In this document: piece after piece, positions 1-16,292 of the stretch | How positions within the stretch are numbered: position 1 is the stretch's first letter | How the letters are laid out: each line of letters starts with the position of its first letter | From: Octopus vulgaris | Taxonomy: Eukaryota | Assembly: GCA_951406725.2 (NCBI GenBank) | Contig: OX597823.1 | Span: 50,902,001 to 50,966,000, forward strand | DNA: 64,000 nucleotides | Direction: 5' to 3' | Program-made: the position numbers and the translations under genes | Notes under the pieces: generated by a model | Database searches by the model: none | What the model was told of the DNA's origin: nothing | Seen by the model: the letters and a program-made list of their open reading frames with translations, nothing else

Positions 1-298
1 AAGGCAAGGTCAACCTTGGCCTCGGTGGAATGTGAACTCAGAACGTCAAGACGGACGAAATACCTATTTCTTTACTTCCCACAAGGGACTACACACAGAG
101 GGAACAAACAAGGACAGACAAACGGATTTAGTCGATTATATCGACCCCAGTGCGTAACTGGTACTTATTCAATCGACCTCGAAAGGATGAAACGCAAAGT
201 CGACCTCGGCGGAATGTGAACTCAGAACGTAGCGGCAGACGAAATACCGCTAAGCATTTCGCCCGGTGTGCTATCGATTCTGCCAACTCGCCGCCTTA
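1..298 (-). mobile_element. tRNA-derived SINE family A, partial tandem (dimer-like) copy
   Basis: Reverse complement reads GGCGGCGAGTTGGCAGAATCG...GAGTTCACATTCCGCCGAGGTCGACTTTGCGTTTCATCCTTTCGAGGTCGAT; same family recurs more than 10 times in the window. Confidence 0.85.
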
Positions 299-719
299 GC
301 GTTCAAGGTAATTGATATTTAACTTTGGATACCAATCAGTGGAGTTGCGTAGTGGTGGTGGTGGTGGTGGTGGGGAAATATGCACAGGAAGTTTTAAGAG
401 GTTTGAATTCTGAGCTGGAAAGACTGGAGTAAAGAATTTAGTATAAGATTATCAGGAAGTGATGCGTTGTTTTTTGAGCAAAATATTCCATTTTATATTG
501 TTCTAGTCCATTCAGTTCTAAAGTAGTAACGACTCTACGAAGGACTGTTTAAACTGTTCAGGTTGAATGTGAATTCGGTCACTTATGCGCCATGGAAACG
601 AAGTAACCAAACCTACGGGTCCTAAGACTGTAGACAATAATGTTCATGGGTTGATGATGATGATGATGATGATGACGACGGCGACGACGACAATGATGAT
701 GATAAAGAAACTTTCTCCA

Positions 720-1045
720 CGCGTGGCTGTGCTTCTCAACGACATGGTTCCGAGTTCAGTCTCACTGCATGGTACCTTGGGCAAGTGTCTTCTACTATAG
801 CCTCCAGCCAAGCAAAGCCTTGTGAGTGGATTTGGTAGACGGAAACTGAAAGAAGGCCGTCGTATGTGTATGTGTCCGCCATCGCTTGATAACCGATGCT
901 GATGTGTTTATCTACCCGTAACTTAGTAGTTTGGCAAAAGAGACCGCTAGAAAAAGTACAGAGGTCGATTTGTTCGACTAAAACCCTATAACTCGGTGCT
1001 TCAGCATGGCTGTAGTCAAACAACTGAAACAAATAAAAGAATACA
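720..1045 (+). mobile_element. SINE family B (tRNA head, CORE-like ACCTTGGGCAAGTGTCTTCT, internal microsatellite)
   Basis: Homologous to 20061-20465 and 25875-26240. Confidence 0.8.
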
Positions 1046-1437
1046 TAAGAACGAAGGCATTACAGACTTGACCACACCATATTTATTACGTGTTTCTAGT
1101 CCTTGATTATCTAACTTACCTTTCGCTTTATTTTAAAGATATCTAATATAATTTCAGCAATATCTGTCTCCTACGTCTGTCAGGTTAATAAATAATTTAG
1201 ACATCCAATTGCTGGTTGGCATTTTAAACGCATATGGAAAATACGGTAAGATGGTGGTGTATGCTTTTAAATAATCAAGTCTGTTAAATAATTTTCTAGT
1301 TTAGAGAATGAGGAAACGCTGCAGTTGTACAACAAGAGTGACGGACACAAATACACATATATATGAACGGATAGGTAAGCACAAGTATATATACCTACCT
1401 GCATACCACCAACAATTTCCTTGGATTATGGTTGACG

Positions 1438-1499
<62 letters not shown>

Positions 1500-1681
1500 A
1501 ACGCTTACCTATGCATTCAAATATTATTACCATATTTGTCCTACACTGTATCGGTACAGCTTGTTGCAACCTCCAAAACAAACTGCTATTGTCCTTTGGT
1601 ATCATTAGGCTGTAGCCGGCGTAATGAAAAGATGTTTTTATATGCATATTCAAAAACGTTACCCGTAAATGAACTTAAAGG

Positions 1682-1730
<49 letters not shown>

Positions 1731-1776
1731 TGTGTGTGTGTGTACTTACATATACGTACATGTAAATATAAATATA

Positions 1777-2070
1777 AGGCACATGGCCTAGTGGTTAGAG
1801 CAGCGGACTCGCGGGTTCGAATCTCAGACCGGGCGATGTGTGTATTTATGAACGAAACATCTAAGCTCCACACGGCTCCGGCAGAAGGTAATGGCGAACT
1901 TCTGCTGGCTCTTTCGCCACAACTTTCTCTCACTCTTTCCTCCTGCATATTGCAGCTCACCTGCGACGGACCGGCGTCTCGTCAAGGTGGGGGACTTATA
2001 CGCCAGGGAAACCGGGAAACCGGCTCTTATGAGCCAGGCATGGCTTGAGAAGGAACAAACAACAACAAAT
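1777..2070 (+). mobile_element. tRNA-derived SINE family C (head/body 1 + tail X)
   Basis: A box TGGCCTAGTGG, B box GGTTCGAATC, tail CTGCGACGGACCGGCGTCTCGTC...GAAACCGGGAAACCGG, ends in AAC repeats. Confidence 0.75.
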
Positions 2071-2181
2071 ATAAATATAAGCATACATACACAAACATAT
2101 TTATTTTATTTTTTAAATTTTATCTAGTTTCAGCTCATGAGCTGTGGCCATGCTGGGGCACCGCCATTATATATATATAAA

Positions 2182-2239
<58 letters not shown>

Positions 2240-3180
2240 ATGGATGAGCAAACAAGAGAATCTAGAAAGTATGCGACAATGGGTTGTAGCATGTTGTTGA
2301 ATAAAATAACTTCTGTATCTGTTATTAGTTGCAATATAAAACGTTTGTGTTTACATTGCAATTCCGTTTAGAAGAGACTCACTTACTGTTCATAGGTGAA
2401 GGCTTTTTAGTGTCCTTGAAGGTAAAGCTCAGTTTTAAAGACCCAGGTTTGTCAATACGGTCGCCATAAAAAATGATGACAAATATAGAGACATTGCATT
2501 GTTGAAAACTAGGAGACGAGTCAATGGTTTTCCTGAGATTGCAGTTTGTTATCTCTGACATTAGATGTCCAACTGGGACGGATTATAGCCAGGTGAAGAT
2601 GGCATCATAACATTAATGTATAAGGTGAAGACCATAAGTCACAGTACCAGATGTATTTATGCAGTAGTAGTAGTAGTAGTGGTAGTAGTATAGGGGGCAC
2701 TTGCCGTAACAGCACATCACAGTATCCAACACCTGGCGGGTGACACCTTTGCACCTCTCAGGCGACAACCATCCAATCCATGGGTGTGTTTGGGTAGTCG
2801 TTGTTGGTGAGGGTTTTACGAGGTCAGAGCACAAATCCTACCTCGACCTCTTTTAGTTGCCTGTTTTCATGTACAGGAGTAATATTATAGAAAATATAAA
2901 CGGGTACTTGAGCAAAACAATGTTAAATGAAAAGTAGCGAAAGAGATCCTTTGACACGCAATGTAGATCTACCGCATATGGATTGCGACGGCTAATTTGT
3001 CTGGACGTCCTCATGCAAGACAATGGTCAAAGCCTTTTTCTGTAACACTGGCAAACAACAGCATTACTTCACTCGCCTTTCTGAAAAGTCTGTTCTCATA
3101 TAATCTCACAGGGAGAAATAAAAATTTTTTGGTAGATAAAAATAAATATTATTTATCAATTATTTCGGTGCACTATAATC

Positions 3181-3221
<41 letters not shown>

Positions 3222-3499
3222 TGTGTGTATGTGTGTATGCGTTTGTTTTTCTGTTCACTTGTATTTTATTATCTAACATTTTTATCTCATGCAGAATTCA
3301 TTCCAAGCAAGCTTCCTCACCAGCGACATTATTAAATTTTGCCTAGGAAATACTAAAAGATCCATTTTATTGTAAGGTAACACCATCTGTTATACATACA
3401 TATACACATACACATAGATATTTACACACAACTCACAACACACATACATATATCTATATACGCTCAAACATATTCACAGACATGAACGCATACGTACAC

Positions 3500-3535
3500 A
3501 CATAGATACATTCAAACATATATGGTTGTGTATGC

Positions 3536-3601
<66 letters not shown>

Positions 3602-3608
3602 ATCTATA

Positions 3609-3664
<56 letters not shown>

Positions 3665-3760
3665 TATATATATGTATATATATGTATATATATATGTATG
3701 TATATATGTACATATATATATATACATATGTACATATATATATATGTACATATATATATA

Positions 3761-3818
<58 letters not shown>

Positions 3819-3830
3819 CATAGGTATATA
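3500..3830. repeat. (TA)n-rich compound microsatellite
   Basis: Direct reading; source of the YIYI ORFs. Confidence 0.95.
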
Positions 3831-4280
3831 AGAAAGTAGTTCGTAATATGTTTGCCGTCATTTATTTCTGACATCGTTCAAGCAAATATACTTCAGGAAA
3901 AAAAGTATAGAAAAGGACGGAAAAGAAAGTAAGACAACTAATTTGATGACAGTTTTCCTGGCTGACTCACGATATTTTCATGACCCGATATGAAATATTA
4001 AGATTTTTCTTGGCCAAATTCCCAAAACCTACAGGATAGTAATTAAGCTGAGTGGAATTTATGTTTCTGTACATGTTTAAAGTCATAAGCAATATGCGCA
4101 TGCGCGTGTGCATACATATTCACGCACATTCACATACACAAAATATATTTGCAAATATCCATGAGTATACAATTAATTCACGCAAATATATACTATATTA
4201 CTATATATATATAGATGCCTAGTAATATCCAAAATATCCATTCGCTTCATCTTTATTATGATATAAGTGTGTGTGTGTTC

Positions 4281-4316
<36 letters not shown>

Positions 4317-4789
4317 TTACATATATGAATCTATATAGTTATTATACATGCATATATATTGTCCACGTATGTATCCTTTTATATGTGTGCATGGTTTGTG
4401 TGAATTGCTTATGATGAAGGATTCAGCGAGAAACCCCCCCCCCCCCCAAATCGCTGCTCTTCAAGTGAAGTCCCATATTACTGTTTTTCCTGCAGGGAGT
4501 TATGCGGATATTCTCTGTTCGTTCTTGCCGTCAGTGATGAGGAGCAACAGCAACTGGTTCGTTGGAAGCCTTTGACTCTTGACGCTGCTTTTAACTAAAT
4601 GTGATGTAAAATAAATGAAGGAGAGCGTACAAGAATTTAAAGGAAAATAATGTGTGTAAAACTGAATACCAGAAATAACAGTGTACCATATTTAGTTTCT
4701 AAAATAAAGTGAAAAGAAACAGAAGCTTAGAATGCGTGGCTGGAGGGTGGCGGACTAAAGAGAAAAACAGAAAGTCTGTGTTGTATACA

Positions 4790-5008
4790 GTATTGGTTTC
4801 AAATTTTGGCACAAGGCCAGCAATTTCAGTGGAGTAGATAAGTCGATCACATCGACCTCAGTGCTCAACAAGTACTTATTTTACAGATTTCGAAAGGCTG
4901 AAAGGCAAAGTCTAATTCGGCAGAAATTGAATTCAAAACGTAAAGACGGCCGAAATGCTGCTAAGCATTTTGTCCGGCGTGTTAACGACTCTCCCAGCTC
5001 GCTCCCTT
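4790..5008 (-). mobile_element. SINE family A
   Basis: GAAAGGCTGAAAGGCAAAGTC...CCAGCTCGC, homologous to 1-298. Confidence 0.75.
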
Positions 5009-5109
5009 ATTGTGTAGTATAATATTGTTTCTTACAATACGTAGACTTTGTGCTAATCAGCACTAGTCGAAGGTAAACCTGAGCATTACCTAAGTTTCTA
5101 GCTATTACA

Positions 5110-5300
5110 GGTAAGTTCACTGCCATCAATTCACCGTGAAGAAAGTTCACTGTGAGTGAAGTTTATTGCGAAGAAAGTTTATCGAGAAAATATATCCATA
5201 GCATTTCACCATTAATAGTTAAAAACTATTTTATTGGAAAAAAAAGAAAAAGAAAAAAACAAAACAAAATAAACGGTGAAATGATGACGGTGAACTTACC
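5110..5300. mobile_element. MITE-like element with 28-bp terminal inverted repeats
   Basis: GGTAAGTTCACTGCCATCAATTCACCGT (5110-5137) vs ACGGTGAAATGATGACGGTGAACTTACC (5273-5300); ~15-bp periodic subterminal repeats. Confidence 0.65.
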
Positions 5301-6449
5301 GGACATGGTTTCTCGCAGCTTTGTTTGGGTTCCTAAATATTAAGCTTCATGTAATCTCGTATGTACCCCTTTATTTCTGTGTTCGTAATTTTATGATTTT
5401 CTTCTGTGGGAGAAAATAGGTTTGTCTCATATTCGTAGCAGACTTCAACAATTTCTTTCAACAATATCATTTTGCTCAGCATCATTCAGTTAAAAATGTA
5501 TCAGTAGATACGCACCGTAAATAACATCTCAAAGCTTGCCGTTTGCTCTCTGTCGTTATCGTTTTGTATCTTTTTTACCTTAAGTTCTTTCGCTTACTTC
5601 TATCCATTCAGTTTTTCCGTATGTACTAAGTAGGATCAGTCATTTTCGAACGGCTGTCTAGTTGCGCTCCGTCGTCAAACTCCAGTAGCACCATCTGTAA
5701 GTCCACTTTTTTATTGTTATCGTTCTGAATTTACTGTACTAGACTTCTCTGGCTCAATCCTAAAACATTTATTTGCCATTGCAGCTGTCTACAAGCATAC
5801 ATTTGCTGCCTAGTGTTACTAGATTATCATTTTAACATAGTTATTACCCTGCAGAAAAGTCATGGGTTGTTCTATTGCCGACTTGTTAAAATGGATATTT
5901 CCATGATATTTTTTTTACTTATACTAGTTACGCTTGACATTTAGAACTTTGTAATTTATGTTGACTATTATTATTTCTCCTACTTTGCTTTAATGCACTA
6001 CAATATGTGTACGAGTAAAAAAACTAAGAAATGCATTCCACTGTTTCGTACAAAACTCATTTTTCCCCTTTAAAATTTCGGACCGAAGATCGTGATTAAA
6101 GATTTTTGAATGACTTTGAAAGTCAGTTTTTCGAGACGAGTCGCTAATTTTCGGATATTTCCTTAGAACTGCGTCGTTCCCACCAGGTCGTATTCTTTTC
6201 AGTGTACCTTTAGTACCCTCGGGACATGACAGAACTATTTACGGAAGAGACTATAGCACAAAATCATCTGAATCAGTTGGTGGTAATCTCTACTGGACGG
6301 ACTTACGCAAATGCAGTTCTGTATGAGGATTATTGAGAAGTTTATCAAATAATTCAGCTTTCATAATAAAAGATCTTTTCCAAATATTGTTATCAAATAT
6401 TGTAATATCGAGATGAAAAATGTTTGCAATAATTTTTTCACAGCGTTTT

Positions 6450-6760
6450 AGAGCGGCGAGTTGGCAGAATCGTTTGTGCGCCGGGCAAAACGCTTAGCGG
6501 TGTTTCGTCTGTTTATGTTCTGAGTTCAAATGCCGTCGAGGTTCACTTTCCCTTTCGTCGTTTCGGAGTCAACAAAATAAGGACCGGTTGTGGGTCGATG
6601 TAAATTGGTGGCCTTGTGTCAAGACTTGAAATTAATATTTTCACAGTATTTAAGACAGCGAGCTGACAGACTCGTTCGCATGCCGGTGAGATTGTTTAGC
6701 GACATTTCGCCCCTTTTTACGGGCGAAATGCTTAGTGGTATTTCGTCTGTCACAACGTTT
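6450..6760 (+). mobile_element. SINE family A, two decayed copies
   Basis: GCGGCGAGTTGGCAGAATCG...GAGTTCAAAT; second head at about 6655. Confidence 0.7.
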
Positions 6761-8819
6761 CGAAAACTGAGGAGATCTCACTACGCTTTTGATAATTTTA
6801 TCTAAGAAAAATTTATTGGATATCGAGCAGCTTCTGCACAAGATTATATATCGCTTCTGCTGTTCATTTTGTCAGTGCTGACGTTCAGTTTTCTGTCACT
6901 CAATACAATGACAATGCCTTGGTTGATATTGAAGCGAATCTTAGGTATCACTGTTCAATTTGCAATCTATGTCTATTGCCGTGTTACCCAACTGAACATC
7001 GTATTGGTTTTCTGCGTTGAAAATGTATATAGGAGAATTATTTGCCACATTGCAGTAGTTCTACTTGTCCACAGCTCGCTTTACTGTACATCAGGGCTTC
7101 ATGACTAAAAACGTAGAGGATGATAACTAATGGTGCTGAAAAGCACGTTAAATCTGACAACATGCGTCCTGTTATCCAGTGCACTGTGCCCTTCGATTTA
7201 TTGGGGACTTTCTGATGTGTTCCAATGAGTATATAAAATCATCAGAGTCGTCTCTAACGCCTTTTCTACAGATGCTTGCTTTCGTCTTATTCTCCTTCAA
7301 GTACTTCCTTTACCAATAGACCCATAATTAAATAAACTACAATTTTGTCCGCTCGATATGAATGCTGCGGCGAACTGGTATTGAATTATATTGAATATCT
7401 GAATATGATGTAGCAGAATTTGGACGATAAAGATATGTGGCATACGCTAAAGTCAAAAGTCACTGAATTTATCAAAAATAATCAGCTTGATCAAGGGAAG
7501 TCATACCAGCGTAGCATATAGTTACAGCTTTGGAGTACATGATGATCATTGGGATTATTGTATGATAGCCAACAGATTGTGAAGAATCTTTCACCGATTT
7601 TCACCATGAGACCTTTATAACTATGCTGAATCGGATTTGTTCAAATGTTGCTTTACGATAGAAAACAATAATATCACGAACATTTAAACTCATTTTAATG
7701 TACAATGCACGAGCATTTTAACTCAATTTTAATGTAGAAAAGCAAGCAGTTTCTCAGCATTATTTGTTTTAGATTCCTGTCTGTGACTTGTCGGCTGAAC
7801 TTTGTCTTAAGGCAGTGTGCCATAGAGCGGAAATCATGCCCTTAAATATATTAACCGAGTTATTTGGGCTTTTGATCTCCTTCAGGGATGTTCATTTCTG
7901 GTCTTTTCTACTGTTTGACATTGTTGTACCGTTGCCTGTAAACAGCGTGGAGTGTAGAAACGGTTTTCCAAGTTCCAAATGACGAAGTCTTATTCGCAGA
8001 ATTCGGTGATGGACAACAGACTGGACAAATTTTATACAGCTATCATGAATAAACGATATTCTGAAGATTTTCTGGTTGCATATTGTCTGCACTGCGACTA
8101 AATACTTCATCCGCTTCTGTATTAATATTGTCCTGTAGAACTATAAAAGCTGGTGAGAGACCACGCTACATAGTAACACAAATGCAGCTTTTTCTTCATC
8201 GTATTAAGAGAAATCTGTAGTGATGACTTAACGATATAAAAGTTATTGGAGTGACCACCAGCACCGGCAGCAGCCGTTCAAGAATTTGGACCTGGAGATC
8301 TCCATTTCCAGCGACTTCGAGGGCCACCTACCAGTGGTGTCGGGCGTCCACGAAGAGCCCTCGACTACAAGACGACCAAAGTTTTTTTTTCCAAGGTCTG
8401 GGGTCTCCCGCCCCTAAGCCCTAGACCATCACCTAATCACCCTTAGCCGTCTTGTTGCTTAACAACAACAACAACAACAGCAGCAGCAGCAGCAGCACCA
8501 TCACCGGCATCGATAGAATAAGCACCAGGTTTCAAAAAGAAAAATTAAGTGCGGAAGGCGATTCGTTTGACTAAAATTCTTCAAGTTGGTGCTCCAGCAT
8601 GGCACTGGTTTAATGACTGAAAGAAAAAAAAGTTGATAAAAGATTTCTAAGAATTCAAAGAGAATAAAAAAGAATGTCTTTCGTCCCGTTTTAAAAGACA
8701 ACACAAGCAGTAAAATAGATGAACAAAGGCGTACAGCCATATTTCTCTATCATTTTTGGCCTTTGGAATCCTTTCATTCCTATTTTACCCTATACCACTT
8801 GATATATACTTATAATTTT

Positions 8820-9119
8820 TTTTTACTTGCTTCAATTATTTGACTGCGACCATGCTGGATCATCGTCTTGAGGGGGTTTTGATGTAGGCCTTCGTGTTGA
8901 GTCTGAGGTCGTGTAGGAAGATGAATGGAGGCATAACGTCACCATCACTAGTGATGATCCCAAAAAACATATTCATTGTAAACCTAGTAATTATTCTATC
9001 GGTCTCTTTTGACGAATTGCTAAGTTACAGGGACATAAACACAGCAACATCGGTTGTCAAGTTTTGGCAGGGGAACAAATACAGACACAAAAATAAATAA
9101 ATACATACATATATATTGT

Positions 9120-9140
<21 letters not shown>
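8820..9140 (-). mobile_element. SINE family B 3' half, interrupted by a mariner fragment
   Basis: TTTTACTTG...TGACTGCGACCATGCTGG...CATCGGTTGTCAAG. Confidence 0.7.
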
Positions 9141-9150
<10 letters not shown>

Positions 9151-9158
9151 AATATATA

Positions 9159-9961
9159 CAGGGTGCAATGGGTAAATTGTCGTAATCTTATACTTGTAAT
9201 TTCACGCATTTGCATTGATGGTTTTTGATTTTTGTCGACTACACAGTATAGGAGGGTCAGTTGGGAACCGCCTGTGAGAAAAACAGCACCATGACACAAT
9301 TCATTCTGCCAGAAATTTTGTAACGATATGTTGTACCGCTTGGCATTCGCGCCAGAAGCTGCAATAGGAACATTATGGTGAAGACACAGAACAACCGTTG
9401 GCTTGCCGTGTACCCAGAACATGTACCAAGAGTGATAAAAATCAAACATCCAGTCAACATCATGTTGTTTGGATTCATCCCTAGTGATGATCACGTTATG
9501 CCTCCATTCATCTTCCCACACGACCACAGACTCAACACGGAGGCCTACTTCAAGTACCTGGGGGGGGAGGTATTACTGACCTGGGTCAAGAGGGTGCCTG
9601 CTGGAAGACCCTATGTCTGGCAACAGGACTCTGCGCCATGCTACATGAGAAGGAGAGCCCAGTCACAGCTGTCAGGCAATTTCTGCGACCACATCACTCC
9701 TAAAATCTGGCCACCTTACTCCCCAGACTGCAACCCTCTTGATTATTATGTGTGGGGCGCATTTGAGTGAGAGACCAGCAAAACTCCTTGTAACACCGAA
9801 GATGAACTGAAGGTAATGATTACGGCAACATTAACCAACTTAAACATTTAGTATTTCAACATATTTTAATGTAATTTTATTAAATATATCTGCTAAATTG
9901 AGATGTCAGAGTTATTTTCATTTTTTGCGTAATTTAGACAACAATATATTCACCCCACCCA

Positions 9962-9962
<1 letters not shown>
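9159..9962 (+). mobile_element. Internally deleted Tc1/mariner DD37D (maT) transposon
   Basis: ORF 9375-9770 contains WQQDSAPC...WPPYSPDCNPLDYYVW with 37 residues between the 2nd and 3rd catalytic D; imperfect TIRs (CAGGGTG.../...CACCCAG) flanked by TA. Confidence 0.85.
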
Positions 9963-10007
<45 letters not shown>

Positions 10008-10044
10008 GAATGGAGTTGAACGACGAACTAACAAAATTCTTTTA

Positions 10045-10127
10045 TTTTCGACATATGTTTCGAAGGCTGCATATTCCTAATTGCGAAGGAATAAGGAGTA
10101 TATTATGCCGCTTTCTCATCAGGAAAA
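10045..10127 (-). ncRNA. Minimal type I hammerhead ribozyme motif (appears intact)
   Basis: Minus strand: UUUUC-CUGAUGA-GAAAGCGGCAUA...UAUGCAGCCUUC-GAAAC-AUAU-GUC-GAAAA; lies within a ~190-bp element (10003-10193) between microsatellites. Confidence 0.8.
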
Positions 10128-10195
10128 GCAAGGAACTTATGTCAACATCAAGATGCACAAAAAAACTTTTAGATGACTGCTCACACGGAGCCCAT

Positions 10196-10269
<74 letters not shown>

Positions 10270-10270
<1 letters not shown>

Positions 10271-10437
10271 CTCGATGAGTTTCTTTCAGTTTCCATATAC
10301 CAACTCCACTCTCAAGGCTTTGATCGACTCGAGGCTATGGTAGGAGACACCTACCCAAGGTCACATGCATTGGGACTGAATACAGTACCATTTCGTTGGG
10401 AAGCTAGCTTTCTACCACACAGCGACGCCTGCGCCTA
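10270..10437 (-). mobile_element. SINE family B 5' half
   Basis: Reverse complement of AGGCGCAGGCGTCGCTGTGTGGTAGAAAGC... Confidence 0.7.
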
Positions 10438-10474
10438 TATATAAATAAATCTATATCTATGAAAAAAATAAATA

Positions 10475-10723
10475 AATGCGCCCTTTTAAAGCCTAGCCAG
10501 GCTCATGGGCCCGGTTTCCTGGTTTCAATACCGCATGTGTTCCCCACCTGGACGGGACGCCAGTCCATCGGAGCGTTACTCATTTTTGCCAGCTGAGTGG
10601 ACTGCAGCAACGTGAAATGAAGTGCTTTGCTCAAGAACACAAAGCGTCACCCGATCCAGGAATCGAAACCACAATCTTACGATCATGATGTTGACACCCT
10701 AACCACTAAACCACGCACCTCCA
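10475..10723 (-). mobile_element. tRNA-derived SINE family D (head/body 2 + tail X)
   Basis: Reverse complement GGAGGTGCGTGGTTTAGTGGTTAGGG...TTGAGCAAAGCACTT...GATGGACTGGCGTCCCGTCCAGG. Confidence 0.8.
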
Positions 10724-10980
10724 CATCTATATCTATATCTATATCTATATATATAAACATCCAACTCATTTTTTTGTAATTAGATATTAGGAATTGCATA
10801 AAAGCAAAGCTAAAATACTTTGTGCATTGCAGAACTATAAGCAATTTATTGCATATATACTTTAACAATAAAATCTTATATGGACCCTCAAAGGTCATAT
10901 GGACCTCGATAGAGAAACACTAGCGAACAGAAACACACTGAGGAGTACATACCATGTACACATACACGCACAAACGCACG

Positions 10981-11030
<50 letters not shown>

Positions 11031-11649
11031 CACACACACACACAAACTGCTATATATACATTTGTGCACATACAGATATATAATTAATTGGCTTATAGCC
11101 TGGGCGATTCACTCAAAAACAAAGAAAAAGATGTTTTCTCTCAACTCTATTGAAAGATAAAATAAAGTGTGCAATGGAGCTTTATCAAAAACAAAGCTGT
11201 ATTGCAATATGTTATATTAACTATATTTCGATATCAAATAAACTTTAACGAAGACAGACCGTGTAGAAATACGAGAATTGGCGGCAATAGAAAAGCAACT
11301 ACGAAAACAACAGCAACTACAACAGCGATAGCAAGAAGAGGAAGAAGATGAAGTAGAAGAAGTACAACAACAACAAGCAGTATATGAACAAGAAGAAAAG
11401 GAAGAAGGAGACAAAGGCAGAAAAACGAATGACATAAAAGCTGAAGCTGTGATAAAATTTAACAAACTAGAAAAACATCAAATGTATAAAGAAAAGAAAT
11501 GAAAAGAAAAGAAAAGAAAAAGTAGAGACCTAAGACGTAAAAGAAGGAAAGGAAAAATAAAGATGGCGTGGGGGGGAGACAATCAAGTTAGAAAGCAATT
11601 AAATAAGAATGCGTGAAAAGAATACGAGTAGAAAGAAAAAGAAATACGA

Positions 11650-12080
<431 letters not shown>

Positions 12081-12579
12081 CAGCAACACTAGAACAATCA
12101 GAAATGATAAATAAAAGAAAGACGGAGAGGCAAAGTGTGGTGGTCAAAACTCGTAAGTGATAAATAAAAATCCATTAAACAAAGCTTGAAAAGAAATAAA
12201 AGGAAAATCACACAATGCATTTTCCAGACAAAACCAATATAAGCTAAGTCGGTCGGGGAGATTATCGATTAAGTGATTATTGAACTGAACGGAAGACAAT
12301 AATGAGGGCGGTGTTGGTGGTGGTGGTGGCGGCGGTAGTGGTGGTGGCTGTGGTGGCGTTAGTGACAGTAGTAGTAATAGTGGTGGTAGTAATGGTAATG
12401 GTGGTGGTGGTGACGGTGGTGGTGGTGGTGGTGGTGATGGTGGGGTGGGGGTGGATCTGGAGGAGGAGGAAATGAATGTAATGTTCGTGGTGACGACTTT
12501 CGTGAAAGACAAAACCTTCGGCATGATGCTCTCGATCACTCATTAGCCCCCTGTGCTAAAAGAAACCACAAACATGAGA

Positions 12580-15070
<2,491 letters not shown>

Positions 15071-16110
15071 GTATATTCTTACGAATCACACAGCCAAGTG
15101 AACAGCGGCGGGGCGGGGAATAAAAGCTGGAATTGTGGAAAGAATCTGACAAGAAGAGAGAAAAAAATATATATGTATATCCCAACACCTTAAATAAGAA
15201 GAAAAGAATAAAATCTGTTGGCTAGTCGGGAGATTTGAGACTGATAGGTGTACGTCTAATCAGAAGTGATATAGTCCATCGGCAGATGAAGCATGATAAC
15301 CGGATTTTATTAGCAGTCTAAGAACCATTTTTGTATTTATGGTAGGACAACTTCGATTATATTCAATGTTTTTGAATTGTGAGAGCTTCTTAGAAATACA
15401 AGAACAGTGTCACAACTTATTCATGTTCTTTCTTGTATATTTTGAGTTAAGCATATCAGAAAAACGATCTATATATTGTAGAAAACATGTTAGTGACATT
15501 ATTGAACCTTCGAATAGTTTAGATTTGTTATAAACACCACGGAGTGACGTGTGTCTGATATAAATCACCGCTTGCATGCAAGATTATGTATTTTTTAACT
15601 AGCTATTTGTAAGCGTTGTATATAGATCTCTTTGAATTACTACATGAATGATTGGAGACCTTTTTAACCCAACTCGTTGAGATTTTCAGCTCCTTAGTTT
15701 ATGTGATACTATGTTCCCCTCTCCCAAAACACAACAGACTCCACATGACTTCATGGCGGACGGTATTGCAACCGAATGTAATCCCTAGTCAACTGCTAGA
15801 CCAACAGATATACATATGTGTGTGTGTATGTGTGTGTATACAACACTACCGACTACCACTCACTGACTTTCTGTGACTAGTACTTAGTGACAGGCCGAAG
15901 CAAAATAACCAGTGATCACGGGAAATCGCAGGTTTATATTAGATTATCCCTTCTTTCTTAGAAGGATGCTGTGACAACAACTAGGGGACCGTCACACCCG
16001 ATGGATTTACTCCGCACACTGACACCAACCAAAGGTACTGTTGCATTACCACGCTTAGATGAATTGTCATCACATAATGCTAGTTAACCCATAGCTAGAA
16101 CCCTGACACG

Positions 16111-16150
<40 letters not shown>

Positions 16151-16292
16151 GGAAACACCAGTGGTTAAGAGGTGGTTCTGCACACCTCCAAAATCCCGAG
16201 GCTAAACCCTGATTTTCGAGCCAATGCCCCGCTACCGGATGCATTTTGAAGTCATAACCAGGACGTAGAGATATTTGTTTAGGTAAATCTTT

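Noticed and set aside
1777-1850. tRNA gene
   Set aside because: tRNA-like heads here belong to SINEs; no complete cloverleaf
2379-2860. Minus-strand ORF ending at a GTAAGT donor, next to a (TAG)n tract
   Set aside because: No recognisable motif; more likely a decayed retroelement end
4480-4600. Possible exon (plus-strand CTGCAG acceptor; minus-strand LLLLLITDG resembling vWA)
   Set aside because: Frames close with stops and there is no consistent acceptor/donor pair
5634-5696. Open segment ending in CT|GTAAGT
   Set aside because: Weak acceptor and no recognisable peptide; chance level
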